DNA of 63,036 nt, filler included, from Chrysochromulina tobinii (Eukaryota), in assembly GCA_001275005.1 (NCBI GenBank). It is 12 parts of 12 records of this genome, joined end to end, with 100 filler letters (N's around TTAATTAATTAA, not from the genome) between each part and the next. Parts side by side here need not be neighbours in the genome. Positions count along the whole stretch, not along the records: positions 47,353 to 56,132 come from JWZX01000041.1; positions 56,233 to 61,216 come from JWZX01000042.1; 10 more parts are not named here. The stretch is one strand, 5' to 3'. Positions within the stretch are counted from its first letter, which is position 1. Each line of letters opens with the position of its first letter. The notes beneath the pieces were generated by a model. The model saw only the letters and a program-made list of their open reading frames with translations, was not told the DNA's origin and searched no databases. Both the position numbers and the translations under genes were made by a program. Below are positions 48,152 to 57,825 of the stretch, one piece after another.

Positions 48152-49270
48152 ATGGCTGCAATCGTGACCCTCGCTCTTGCCTTCACGGGTTCGGTTTCGC
48201 GCCCGGCGCTGCCAAGCCTCGTCACGGTTGTACATGCCCGGACGGTCTCGCCACTGCTTCTCGCGAAGAGGAAGAATCGCGTGGGGAGGGAGAGCGATTG
48301 GGAGCCGCAGACATCTGATCTGCAGCCGACAGCGCCAGCGCCTGCGGCAGCTCTTCCGCCGGGCTGGCAGGAGGTCGTGAGCGCCGAGGGCGAGACTTTC
48401 TACTTCAATGCGGCGACGGGCACCTCGCAATGGGAGGCGCCAGCGACGTCGGCTCCGGCATCGATACCATCGGCACCATCGTCGTCGTCACAAGCGTTTG
48501 ATGCAGACAGCAGCAGCACATCTTCGCGGCGTGCTGCTCGACGCGCGGCTCGGCAGGGCTCAGCGACAGGAGAGGCTCGTGGCAGGGGGGACGCGCCAAT
48601 GCAGCCCACCGACGACGCGCTGTACGCTGACGCCACGATGACGGATGCGTTCATCGAGGACAGCTCAATGGCGCTCGACCTCCCGAGCATGAGCAGCTTC
48701 CGCGCACGGGAGGCGACGCGCGCGCGTGCCGAAACCGCGCCGCTGGCGAATGCGAACTTCGAGGAAGCCCCCTCCGTGCCGAAGACGTCCCAGGAGATCG
48801 CTCGAGATCGCTTGATGGAGCTGCTCACCTTCGATACAATCGATGGGCCGAGCGCGGAGATGGTGGACCGCGAGCCATATGACTGGACGGCGCGGCTCAT
48901 TGGGCGCGGGCTGCCCAACAAGGCGGGTGCCTACCTGCTCCCGTACCTGCAGAGTGGCCACATGCTCCTCCTCGGCGTCTTGCTGCTCAGCTCGCTCATC
49001 TCGTATCCTGGCTTCCCGCTGACAGAGGTACCCGACGCTTACCGCGGCCTGTTGCTGCAAGGGCTCGGGATTGTGATTGCCATCAATTCGGGCACCGCCG
49101 TCTACGCACGCGGCATTGCGGCTACCAAGCAGGAGCCTGTCGTCTTTTGGATGCTCAAGTGCCTCGTGTTTGGTGGACTAGCGCTTGGCGAGCTCACACA
49201 AGCTGTGCCCGACCCGGCGCCGCCCAAGAAGCCGCTTCTTGGGCGCAAGGAGGTCGCAAGGAGATCCTGA
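48152..49270 (+). CDS. WW-domain protein with a bipartite-like presequence and C-terminal TM helices
   Basis: LPPGWQEVVSAEGETFYFNAATGTSQWEAP; MAAIVTLALAF signal followed by an Arg/Ser-rich segment. Confidence 0.85.
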   Translation: MAAIVTLALAFTGSVSRPALPSLVTVVHARTVSPLLLAKRKNRVGRESDWEPQTSDLQPTAPAPAAALPPGWQEVVSAEGETFYFNAATGTSQWEAPATSAPASIPSAPSSSSQAFDADSSSTSSRRAARRAARQGSATGEARGRGDAPMQPTDDALYADATMTDAFIEDSSMALDLPSMSSFRAREATRARAETAPLANANFEEAPSVPKTSQEIARDRLMELLTFDTIDGPSAEMVDREPYDWTARLIGRGLPNKAGAYLLPYLQSGHMLLLGVLLLSSLISYPGFPLTEVPDAYRGLLLQGLGIVIAINSGTAVYARGIAATKQEPVVFWMLKCLVFGGLALGELTQAVPDPAPPKKPLLGRKEVARRS

Positions 49271-49548
49271 ATACACCACAGTGAGGTGTTTGTTTTCTGC
49301 GGCGATGTGTCACTGGGCACGCTGGATATCGTTCTTCACATTGCGCCGGCAGCACATGTGGCCCCACGGATACGCTGAAGCGTAGCATGTTACCGGTACA
49401 TGTATCTAGGCCAAACATACACCATACGGCGCATTTCGACGTTCATTCTCGCGTTAAATCACAGTTACGGAGCACTTTCTGCGGACAGAACACGAAATCC
49501 ATTCGAGGTGCGATCTCGTAAGGGGTTGTCCCCTTCAGATCTCGCCCG

Positions 49549-50409
49549 ATGGTCGCGCGGTCCCTCGTGGCGACCTTGATCATGCTTGTCGCGGACCGCG
49601 GCTGCACGCTACATGTAGCGTCATCCCGTGCAGTGTCGGTGGCATCACATCGCTCCACAACCATAGTCATGGGCCGCAAGTTTGAGAACAACAAGCTCAG
49701 GATGGCCAAGACTGCACTCGCCTACGCCAAGAAGGCGAGCTACATCGGCAAGAAGGTGGTGATTGCCGTCAAATCGGGAGGCGGCGACCCGACCATCAAC
49801 CGCCAGCTCGCTGCGGTCATGGCAGAGGCCAACGCTCTCAACGTGCCCAAGGATGTGATCAAGAACAACGTCAAGCGTGCGTTGGATAAGGATACAAGCA
49901 GCTATGAGGAGCTGACGTACGAGGTGTACGGACATGGCGGCGTCGGCCTGATCATCGGCTGTCTGACAGACAACAAGAATCGTGCAGTAGAGAGGGTCTC
50001 GACCGCAGCTAAGAAGGCGAACTGCAAGGTCGCCGCCTCTGGCTCGGTAGCCTTCAACTTCCAGCGCAGAGGCCGGATTGCGATCAATACAGCGCTGAGC
50101 GACGAGCAGCTGCTCGAGCTCGCGATCGAAGCGGGCTGCGAAGGCGATGTGACGCTCGAGGCGCCCGACACGGAAGTCCGCGGCGATTCCGAGGACGTCA
50201 AGTGTGTGGCATTCACGGAGGTTGAGGAGCTGGGCAAGCTTCAGGCGGCCCTGCAGGAGAAGGGACATGCGTGCAGCGGCATGCTCGTCTATGTGCCGTC
50301 GACGACCATCGCGTGCTCGGAAGAGGACTCAGAGGCCAACTACAAGTATATCGATATGCTCGACGAGATCGATGACGTCTCGTCGGTAGAGCACAACATG
50401 CAGGTGTAA
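49549..50409 (+). CDS. YebC/PmpR/TACO1-family protein, organelle-targeted
   Basis: AVKSGGGDPTINRQL...NVPKDVI..NVKRA, YEVYGHGGVGLII.CLTDNKNR, GSVAFNFQRRG, LDEIDDVSSVEHN. Confidence 0.93.
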   Translation: MVARSLVATLIMLVADRGCTLHVASSRAVSVASHRSTTIVMGRKFENNKLRMAKTALAYAKKASYIGKKVVIAVKSGGGDPTINRQLAAVMAEANALNVPKDVIKNNVKRALDKDTSSYEELTYEVYGHGGVGLIIGCLTDNKNRAVERVSTAAKKANCKVAASGSVAFNFQRRGRIAINTALSDEQLLELAIEAGCEGDVTLEAPDTEVRGDSEDVKCVAFTEVEELGKLQAALQEKGHACSGMLVYVPSTTIACSEEDSEANYKYIDMLDEIDDVSSVEHNMQV

Positions 50410-51001
50410 CTCACAGTTCTGCTTCGCCTCTGCCTCGTATGGCGGATCCGGAGGCTCTCTACTGCGGGGGCGACGGGGCTTCTGCACACCTCGGTGTCCA
50501 ACAGCCGGCGAGCGGTCGAGCCATACAATCTGCGCGTCGTGCCTCCGACATCTCAGCACGCAGTGTGTGCTCTTATCACACTATTTGACCTCTCTTCTCT
50601 CGCCCTTGACCGCGGACCGAAACGCAGCCGGTCCGCCGTCGTCCGAGCTTTGCCGCTTTTGAGTGCGCTCGCGCGCCTCGCGGTGACCTTTGCGGATGTC
50701 CCCGTGAGGCGTGATGCGCGTGTCGGAGACGTGAATCATTCTACTGTTAGGCGCGTCTGCTCCGCGCCCTATTATTTTTATTTCGCGGGTGCGTCGGGGG
50801 AGCGTCGCATGCGAGCGATGGGCCACCGAGGCCGCTCGTGTTCACTTGAATCTTGATCTCTCAGCGAGAGACAGCGAGACGCCGGCGGACACGCGCAGGC
50901 GCACACACGCACACTGAAACTCTTTGCGTAGTCGGCCCGGTCTTGAGGATCGTAACAGGAAAGCTCGCGGAACCAAAGGTGCATCGTGTTAACATCACTT
51001 T

Positions 51002-53098
51002 TCACTCATCTCCCGCCTGAGGCCCTTTCTTGGAGCGTTTGAAGGTCCGCACGTAAAAGCCTTCGATCGAGTCGTTCTCAGAGTAGATTTTGTCGGTGGC
51101 CGGATCGTAGCGCTGCGTGATCTTCGCGGTCGTCACCGTCTTACCCTTGTGCGTCTCGAGGTTCACCACGAGGTTGCCCGCCTCCCATTGTGCAGTGTTA
51201 ATGAGTGTCGCACCCATATTCTTGACGACAAGTTTCGCACCGTCGATACACTTGAGGCGATTGGACCCAGTGGGATCTTTCATGACGAGGAACAGGTCGC
51301 CGTCGCTGTCCCTCGTGAAGGTCATGCTAAGCTTGACCGAGGTCACAATCTTGCGTGTTGGATAATTGTAGCCCTGGATCTTGAGGATCGCGTCGAGCTT
51401 ATCCGCCTCGATCGACTCCTGCACCCAATTACCGATGTAGCGCGGGTTCCACGCAGCCTTTCCGCCCACCACTGCGACGCCATCGTCGCTGGGCTCGTCG
51501 GGGGATGGTGGCTGGGCTTCGTCAGCGTCTTCCTCGCTCTCTTCCTCGGCCGCCTGGTCAGCTCCGTCGGCGGATGGTGGCTCGCCTTCATCAGCTTCGT
51601 CCTCGCTCTCTCCCTCGGCGCCCTGAGCATCCTCGTGCGTCGCCGCTGCGTGCGCCGATCGACTGCCGGCTTCTTCCGCCCTCGCTGTGGAGGCTTGGCC
51701 ACGAGCTCGCGGCAAATCCTCAAAGACATTGTTTGGAGGTGGGGCCGCAGCCCGCCGTTTGGGCTGACTCTCCTCGGAGTCCTTCAGCTCTGCCAACGGC
51801 ACAATGGGCGGCAACTCCGATGCCGAGCTACCCAGCTCAAGAGCGGCTGCACGGGACCCAGCTGCTCCCAATGCGTTGGGAGGCTTCCACGACATGCTCG
51901 CATCCACACCCCGACTGCCCGCCGCTCTCGAACTCGCTCTCGCAGCCGAATTGAGGCTCGCAAAATGGGCGTCCGTTTCGTTCTGACGGTTGATGGACAT
52001 CATCATCTGGTTGAGCTCTTCCAGCTTCGCCGCCGCCTTCAGCTCCTCTGCCAGTCCGAGCTGAGTGCGGAACTCATCACGCTCACGGGAGACCTTGTCG
52101 AGCTCGACGAGGCGGGCGCGCGCCTCGCCACGCGCACTCGAGACCTTCTCCTCCAGCAACTTGAACTCCTCCTCGAGCACGGTGAGCCGAGCGCGAGCCT
52201 CATCTCGCTCCCGCGAGACCTTTGCCACCTCTTGTTCCTTCGTGCGGACCAATGCGTTCAAGAACTTCTCGTTCTCAGCGGCCTTGGTGCGCGTGCTGAG
52301 AAGCTGACCTTCGAGCTCTGCGATGCGTTCGGTGATGCTGTTTGTGACTGCCCTGGCCTCGGTCGCTGGTCCCCTCGGTTCCTCTCGCGTCTTTTCAGGG
52401 GCACGCAAAGAACCTTCACTGACTCCTTCAGCGGGCGCCATGGCATCGGGAACTCGTCTTGTCCGTTGGAAGTTCGACCGCACTGGCGTCGGGATCTCCC
52501 CGCCAACGCCATGCACCTCTGGCTCAGGCCGTGGCTTTGCCGTCGTTGGCGTGAGCCCCGAGACGCCGGAGCCCGCTGCTGGCTCGGACGCGTCGTCGTC
52601 GTCATCATCGTCGCCAGCAGCGACTGGCCACGCGCAGATGTAAAATTGCACCACAATCTTGTTCCGCCGATCGCCCCTGCAGTTGAGCGTAACTTTGAAG
52701 GGCTCGGTGCTCAGCGCGTACTCTGCCACGTCGAGCTCGGCTGCTGCCAATTCCTTGAACACAGTCTTGGTAGTGCCAAAGTCTGGCTTGACAGCGAGTA
52801 CGGCAATCTTATAGAGTTTTTCAGAGTAATCTGTCGCGTTGCCCGACTTGCTCGAGAAGAGCGTCGCACGAAACGACAGCTTTTGACCATCAAACGGAAG
52901 GCCAGCACCCTCCGACTGGGGAGCCTCAACCTCTTTCGAAGTTGTCGTCTTATCCCCACGGCCAATCTGAATAACGAGCGACGGCGCTGAACGAGACGAA
53001 GGAGTTCCGCTTTCGATTTCGATGTGCGACAGTTCGAAGTGGAATTGTTGCCTCTGCTTGCCAATAGTACGCGAGAAACTGTTGACCCGGCGCAACAT
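51002..53098 (-). CDS. 698-aa protein: NT-C2-like N-terminus, coiled coil, acidic linker, C-terminal FABP/calycin-like domain
   Basis: LSFRATLF...YSEKLYKIAV...LAAAELDVAEYA (NT-C2-like); YIGNWVQES...LDAILKIQGYNYPTRK...YVRTFKR (FABP-like). Confidence 0.75.
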   Translation of the reverse strand: MLRRVNSFSRTIGKQRQQFHFELSHIEIESGTPSSRSAPSLVIQIGRGDKTTTSKEVEAPQSEGAGLPFDGQKLSFRATLFSSKSGNATDYSEKLYKIAVLAVKPDFGTTKTVFKELAAAELDVAEYALSTEPFKVTLNCRGDRRNKIVVQFYICAWPVAAGDDDDDDDASEPAAGSGVSGLTPTTAKPRPEPEVHGVGGEIPTPVRSNFQRTRRVPDAMAPAEGVSEGSLRAPEKTREEPRGPATEARAVTNSITERIAELEGQLLSTRTKAAENEKFLNALVRTKEQEVAKVSRERDEARARLTVLEEEFKLLEEKVSSARGEARARLVELDKVSRERDEFRTQLGLAEELKAAAKLEELNQMMMSINRQNETDAHFASLNSAARASSRAAGSRGVDASMSWKPPNALGAAGSRAAALELGSSASELPPIVPLAELKDSEESQPKRRAAAPPPNNVFEDLPRARGQASTARAEEAGSRSAHAAATHEDAQGAEGESEDEADEGEPPSADGADQAAEEESEEDADEAQPPSPDEPSDDGVAVVGGKAAWNPRYIGNWVQESIEADKLDAILKIQGYNYPTRKIVTSVKLSMTFTRDSDGDLFLVMKDPTGSNRLKCIDGAKLVVKNMGATLINTAQWEAGNLVVNLETHKGKTVTTAKITQRYDPATDKIYSENDSIEGFYVRTFKRSKKGPQAGDE

Positions 53099-53328
53099 GG
53101 AAGCTCTGGTGGGTCGTTGCGAGGCGAGTCCAACCCGTCACCCTGCAGCACACTCAGCAGCACTCTCCCTCGAGGTCAAGGACGTTCCTTTTCGAGTGTG
53201 AATAGTGTGTGAATTCATGAATGATTCCCAAAATGCGGAGAAGGAGCCGCCGCAAACGAGGCAAGCTAAATTGACCTTTCAAGCTTGCATAGGACCTAGT
53301 TCCTACCGGCACTGGTTACACGGCGTGA

Positions 53329-54294
53329 ATGCTGGAGAGTCTCGACGCGGTGGGGCTCCTGGCCGGCGGCGGCGGCGGCCATAGCTTCGGCGATGCGTGG
53401 CTCATCCTAATCATCTGGGCAGCAGCGATCCCATTGTTAATCGCAGCGGCGCGGCACGTTGCTTTACAGCGTCCATTTACCACTGCCACCGTGAGTATTG
53501 AGCCACTCGAGCTTCAGGTTCGACAGGACGGGTCGCAGCCGCGGACAGAATGCCTGGAGCTGCCCGCGCGAGCATCAGCAGCTACCTCACGAGTGCGATT
53601 GGTCATCATCTCTGATACCCATTCGTTTGAGCAGGATCTGACCAAGAGCAATGCCCTGCCCGATGGCGACGTGCTCATCCACGGTGGCGACTTTGCCGCC
53701 AATCCACGGTACGATGGCACGACTGTCGAGGCGGCGTTGGCCAAGTTTGACGCCTGGCTCGCCTCGCAGCCCCACGCTCACAAGATCGTGATCGCCGGTA
53801 ACCACGACCCAGCCACTGCCCACTTTCCCCTCTCGGGTGCCGTGTACGCCGGTCGGGCTCCACGCTCCATTGAGGTCGCTGGAGTGACGATTGGGCTCGT
53901 GCCTTACTTTCGTGAGCACATTCGCAAGACACGCTGGATCTCGGGCAAGCCGCGCGTGCACGTGGAGAAGGTCAAGCACAAGCATTTTGCGCTGCCGCGC
54001 GGGGAAGTGCTTGTGACACATAGCCCGCCGCACGGCATCGTCGATCGCTGCGGCAGCGGCGAGCACGGTGGAAGCCCGTACCTACGTGCGCTCATGTCGC
54101 GTGCCGCGGTCAAGCCCGCCCTGTGGATTTGCGGTCACATCCACGAGGCGCGTGGAGCTGCCGTCGTGCACTTTGGGCGAGGAGGTCATGAGCGCACGGT
54201 GGTGCTGAACGCGGCCAATGCCAATTCGGGCATAGCTCGCAGGCTGGTGCACGGAGCAGTCGTCGTCGATTTGACAGCATCCCTTAGGCCTTAG
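53329..54294 (+). CDS. Calcineurin-like metallophosphoesterase (MPPED/239FB-like) with an N-terminal TM segment
   Basis: ISDTH, GDVLIHGGDF, IAGNHD, THSPP, CGHIHE. Confidence 0.93.
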   Translation: MLESLDAVGLLAGGGGGHSFGDAWLILIIWAAAIPLLIAAARHVALQRPFTTATVSIEPLELQVRQDGSQPRTECLELPARASAATSRVRLVIISDTHSFEQDLTKSNALPDGDVLIHGGDFAANPRYDGTTVEAALAKFDAWLASQPHAHKIVIAGNHDPATAHFPLSGAVYAGRAPRSIEVAGVTIGLVPYFREHIRKTRWISGKPRVHVEKVKHKHFALPRGEVLVTHSPPHGIVDRCGSGEHGGSPYLRALMSRAAVKPALWICGHIHEARGAAVVHFGRGGHERTVVLNAANANSGIARRLVHGAVVVDLTASLRP

Positions 54295-54684
54295 GCAATG
54301 CCCGAGAACACGCGCGACAGCGGTGTGCCGGACCGCGCGAGTGTTTAAGCGAGTGTGTTCTTTGAATATCAGAATATGAGCGAACGTCGAATGGATGCCT
54401 GACCCCTAGCCGGAAAGGTGGTCCCTTTTGGCCACCCACACGCACGAAGAGTCACAACAGTCGCTGTAGTTCGAATACAGTTCGAATACATTGTAGTTCC
54501 CGTGTCCCGCCGTGTGTCACAATGCCGTCCCATGTTTCCATGTGCCATACTCTCACGCCGACATCTCCTTCAAACTCCCCCACCGAAATTCAGGGGGACA
54601 GGGGGAAGGCATACATGTATCTCTTCACAGCACAAATCTTCACACAGATGTGCTTTCTTCCGATGCGAAGGCTGACGGGTCGTC

Positions 54685-55623
54685 GTGCCTCGCCCCGTGC
54701 GGGTCGGGTCGGCCCCGGCGGTGTGTCCCTTTTGCGGCATGCACGCCAGCTTGCAGTCATTTGACCCATCCGCCGTCTCGGATACTGACCTTCTGCTCCA
54801 TCCCAACGAGCCGCAACGCAGCGAGCTGCGACGACTCTCATGCATCTTGTGCACGGAGACTATGAATTACCGCAAAATAGCAGCTACGCACGTGACTGGA
54901 ACAGACAGCGTTCTTGAGCTCGGGTGCTCCTTTGGTGACGCGACAAAAGTTTTGGTGACTTTGGCTCGTAGAGTTACGGCCGTGGATAACAGTGATGAGT
55001 GCGTGCAGAGGGCCTGTATGGCATGCAAGGGCGCCAGTAACTGCCGCATCGAGACCTCGGATGTTCTGGCGAACCCGGCGCAGTGCCTCGCTCTCGGCCG
55101 CGAGATGGAGATCAACGTGGCATTCATAGATCTCGGCGGCAATCGCGATGGCGACGCAGTGCTGCCTATTGTGCTGCTACTACTGGCGGAGCTGCCACAT
55201 ATGTCACTGTGTGTCGTCAAGTGCCGTGCCCTGCATGCCGCTGCAAGTATCCACCTAGCCATCGACGGGGGCACACCGACGAGCTTCTGGGAGGCTGCCA
55301 TCGCGGCTAACGCTGCTCAGAGAAGATTGCTGGCCCTTCCTGTCGCCGACGAGGAGGCAAATCCGCAAGCCTCACCGGGAGAGGCGCGACTGTGCTATGC
55401 CTTCCTGAATAAGGGGCGCTGCCAGATCACGTGCTGCACGTTTCGTCACCATGGGCCGAGCCATCCGGACGCTATCGCTGACAAGGCGAGGCGCGGCCAG
55501 GTGGGATGGCAGCCTGCGCGGAGGCGCTCGAAGGCCACGCCACCGAAGGCACCATCTGCCCCATCGCCGGATCCATCACCTTCCGTCACAATGCTGACTT
55601 CCGCCGACCGCTGCTTCCCATAG
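54685..55623 (+). CDS. Class I SAM-dependent methyltransferase-like protein with a C-terminal CCCH zinc finger (start uncertain)
   Basis: VLELGCSFG motif I, VTAVD, FIDLGGNR; LCYAFLNKGRCQITCCTFRH. Confidence 0.8.
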   Translation: MPRPVRVGSAPAVCPFCGMHASLQSFDPSAVSDTDLLLHPNEPQRSELRRLSCILCTETMNYRKIAATHVTGTDSVLELGCSFGDATKVLVTLARRVTAVDNSDECVQRACMACKGASNCRIETSDVLANPAQCLALGREMEINVAFIDLGGNRDGDAVLPIVLLLLAELPHMSLCVVKCRALHAAASIHLAIDGGTPTSFWEAAIAANAAQRRLLALPVADEEANPQASPGEARLCYAFLNKGRCQITCCTFRHHGPSHPDAIADKARRGQVGWQPARRRSKATPPKAPSAPSPDPSPSVTMLTSADRCFP

Positions 55624-56269
55624 ATACGGTTGTTCTCATGCGAGTCAAGGCATTGCTCTCTGGACGGAAGGCTCACGAATTACGCTGATGGGGCTTACGT
55701 GCGCGCTGGCAGCCGTCGTCATCGTACGGATGCGTTAACGGATGGTATTCGGTCCGGGCTCGGTTTTTCCGAGCGCAGATCGGAGTGACATGTCGTGCGA
55801 GTACAGTTACATCAGCTCATCAGCCCTGGCCACCGGGGGGGGGCTGGACATGCGAAAGGAACAAATGTCACGGCACCTGTGACCTGATACACCGCGAGCG
55901 GCCTCTAAACGGTCGCAACGAGAGCCGGGCCCGTGGTGCGTGGACCGGACGACTGGACTGCACGTCTGCGTAGAGCTGCAGTCTCGTGGAGGTCTCGTCT
56001 CTCGATGGGGCATGGTCGAGCCGCGCACCCGCACGCCGCACGATGGAGCGGTTCTGAGGTCAGGTCTAGCACCCACCACTGCGCGAAGAACATGGTGCCA
56101 CTTATCTTCGATTCCAGTAGCGCGTGATTGAANNNNNNNNNNNNNNNNNNNNNNNNNNNNNNNNNNNNNNNNNNNNTTAATTAATTAANNNNNNNNNNNN
56201 NNNNNNNNNNNNNNNNNNNNNNNNNNNNNNNNCACATCCGCTCGGCAGCGATGGGCAATCAGTGTGCAT

Positions 56270-57022
56270 GCGCGCGGCGTACCGAGGCTCGCTGAGGAGC
56301 GCCACGACCTCGCTCTTGCCCTTCCTCCGTGCGTCGTCGAGGGCCGTGTCGCCGACATTGTCTCGAAGCGTCGGATCGGCGCCCCCTTCGAGAAGGCGCT
56401 TGGCGATCGCGAGGCGGCCGTTGTATGCCGCGGCATGCAATGCTGTCCGATCGTTGATGGCCTAAAGACAAACGAGAGGCCAAACGGAATGACTACATGG
56501 AAGCGGATCCATCGCATGTGCTGGGAGAGGGCATGCTCGAGGCTTACCGTGGCGTTGACCTCGATCGCCTCGGCCGCGAGGAGGAGGCGGACGCACCCTT
56601 CGTGCCCGTAGATTGAGGCCCATATCAAAGCTGTGTGTCCGTACTGGGCAAATGGAGCACACGCGGCGTCATCGAGTGCCAGAGCACGCGAGGAGCGTGG
56701 GCGAGCACGCGGGGGTGCGGCGCGCGCCATGCGACGAGGACGCGTGTGCCAAGCTCGGCGGGGCGGCGGGGTGGCGGCGCAGCCAGCGCGGCCGCGCGCG
56801 GTACAGCGAGCTGTGGGGACACGGCGCCGTCTCGGGCGAGCGCGGCGGCGAAAGCAGCAGAGGCGGCGAGGACGCGGGCGCCCACGCGAGGCACATGCGG
56901 CGGCGCACCGCATCAGGATTGTGCCAGTTGACGTTCCCTCCAAGGCCGATCAGCCGCGTGAGCTCCGCCTCGTTGCCGGCCCTTGCGGCCTCGTACACGG
57001 CCTTGCCCATCGAGTCGCTCAT
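56270..57022 (-). CDS. Ankyrin-repeat protein, at least three exons, possibly 3' truncated
   Basis: AVYEAARAGN / GHTALIWASIYGH / RTALHAAAYNGR / GDTALDDA, joined by GT-AG introns (about 56644-56908 and 56462-56547). Confidence 0.85.
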
Positions 57023-57825
57023 CGCGTCCGCCGCGCTCTACAGGCCTTCGCCCGCTCGGACACCTGCGCATTCGGGGGGGGGCACGCGCGGCTCCGCTGT
57101 GACGCTCGGGAGGCGGCGGCGCGCACTCCGTCGCGGCGCGCATGCAGCGCGCCCACACGCCCCTCGGAGCTCGGGTGGCCGCGGCAGCCGTGGCGCGAGG
57201 GCGCGTCGAGAACGCTCGCAGCGACCACGGCGCGCAGTCGAGGCTGCCGCAACGCCTGGCTCCCGAGGCCCCGAGCAGCGTGGTGTGGGCGTGCGAAGCA
57301 GCGGGCGAAGCAGGCCATCGGGCTCGACGAGGGCATTGGGTAATGCGCGCCCACACGAGGGGATTGCCGAACTCACGTCCACCTTTGGCATTGACTTACC
57401 GCCAACTTTTGGAGGGCCCACTCCTGTGAAACGTTTTGCCTCGTCTGTGAAGTGCCCCTGGCCCCTCCTTTCTCTCTTTTCTCTTTTGTCAGCGTTGGAA
57501 AGCTACCGGCGTACCCACCGCGCCGAACGGGTCCGCTCGGGCGGGGCGGCGGGGGGGCAGACGATGGCCAATCAGTCAAAATGCGCCCTCAAGTGACCCG
57601 GACGTGAGTCGTAAGCAGTAACGAGTAAAGAGTAATCAGTAAATTCTAAACTAGTAATCCGACGGCCACAGACCGCACCACGCAAGAGCCAAGACGGTGG
57701 CAAGACCGAAGACGGGGGCGGTCACATGGGGCTCCCGGACACACCCTTCCTATGTGCCTGGTACGGCGCTGTGAAGACTCGTATGGGCTCCCGGACACAC
57801 CCTTCCTCTGAGAAATGTTCGGCCC

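Noticed and set aside
51149..52990. 613-aa plus-strand ORF, and many similar long ORFs opposite real genes
   Set aside because: Antisense shadows caused by high GC at third codon positions.
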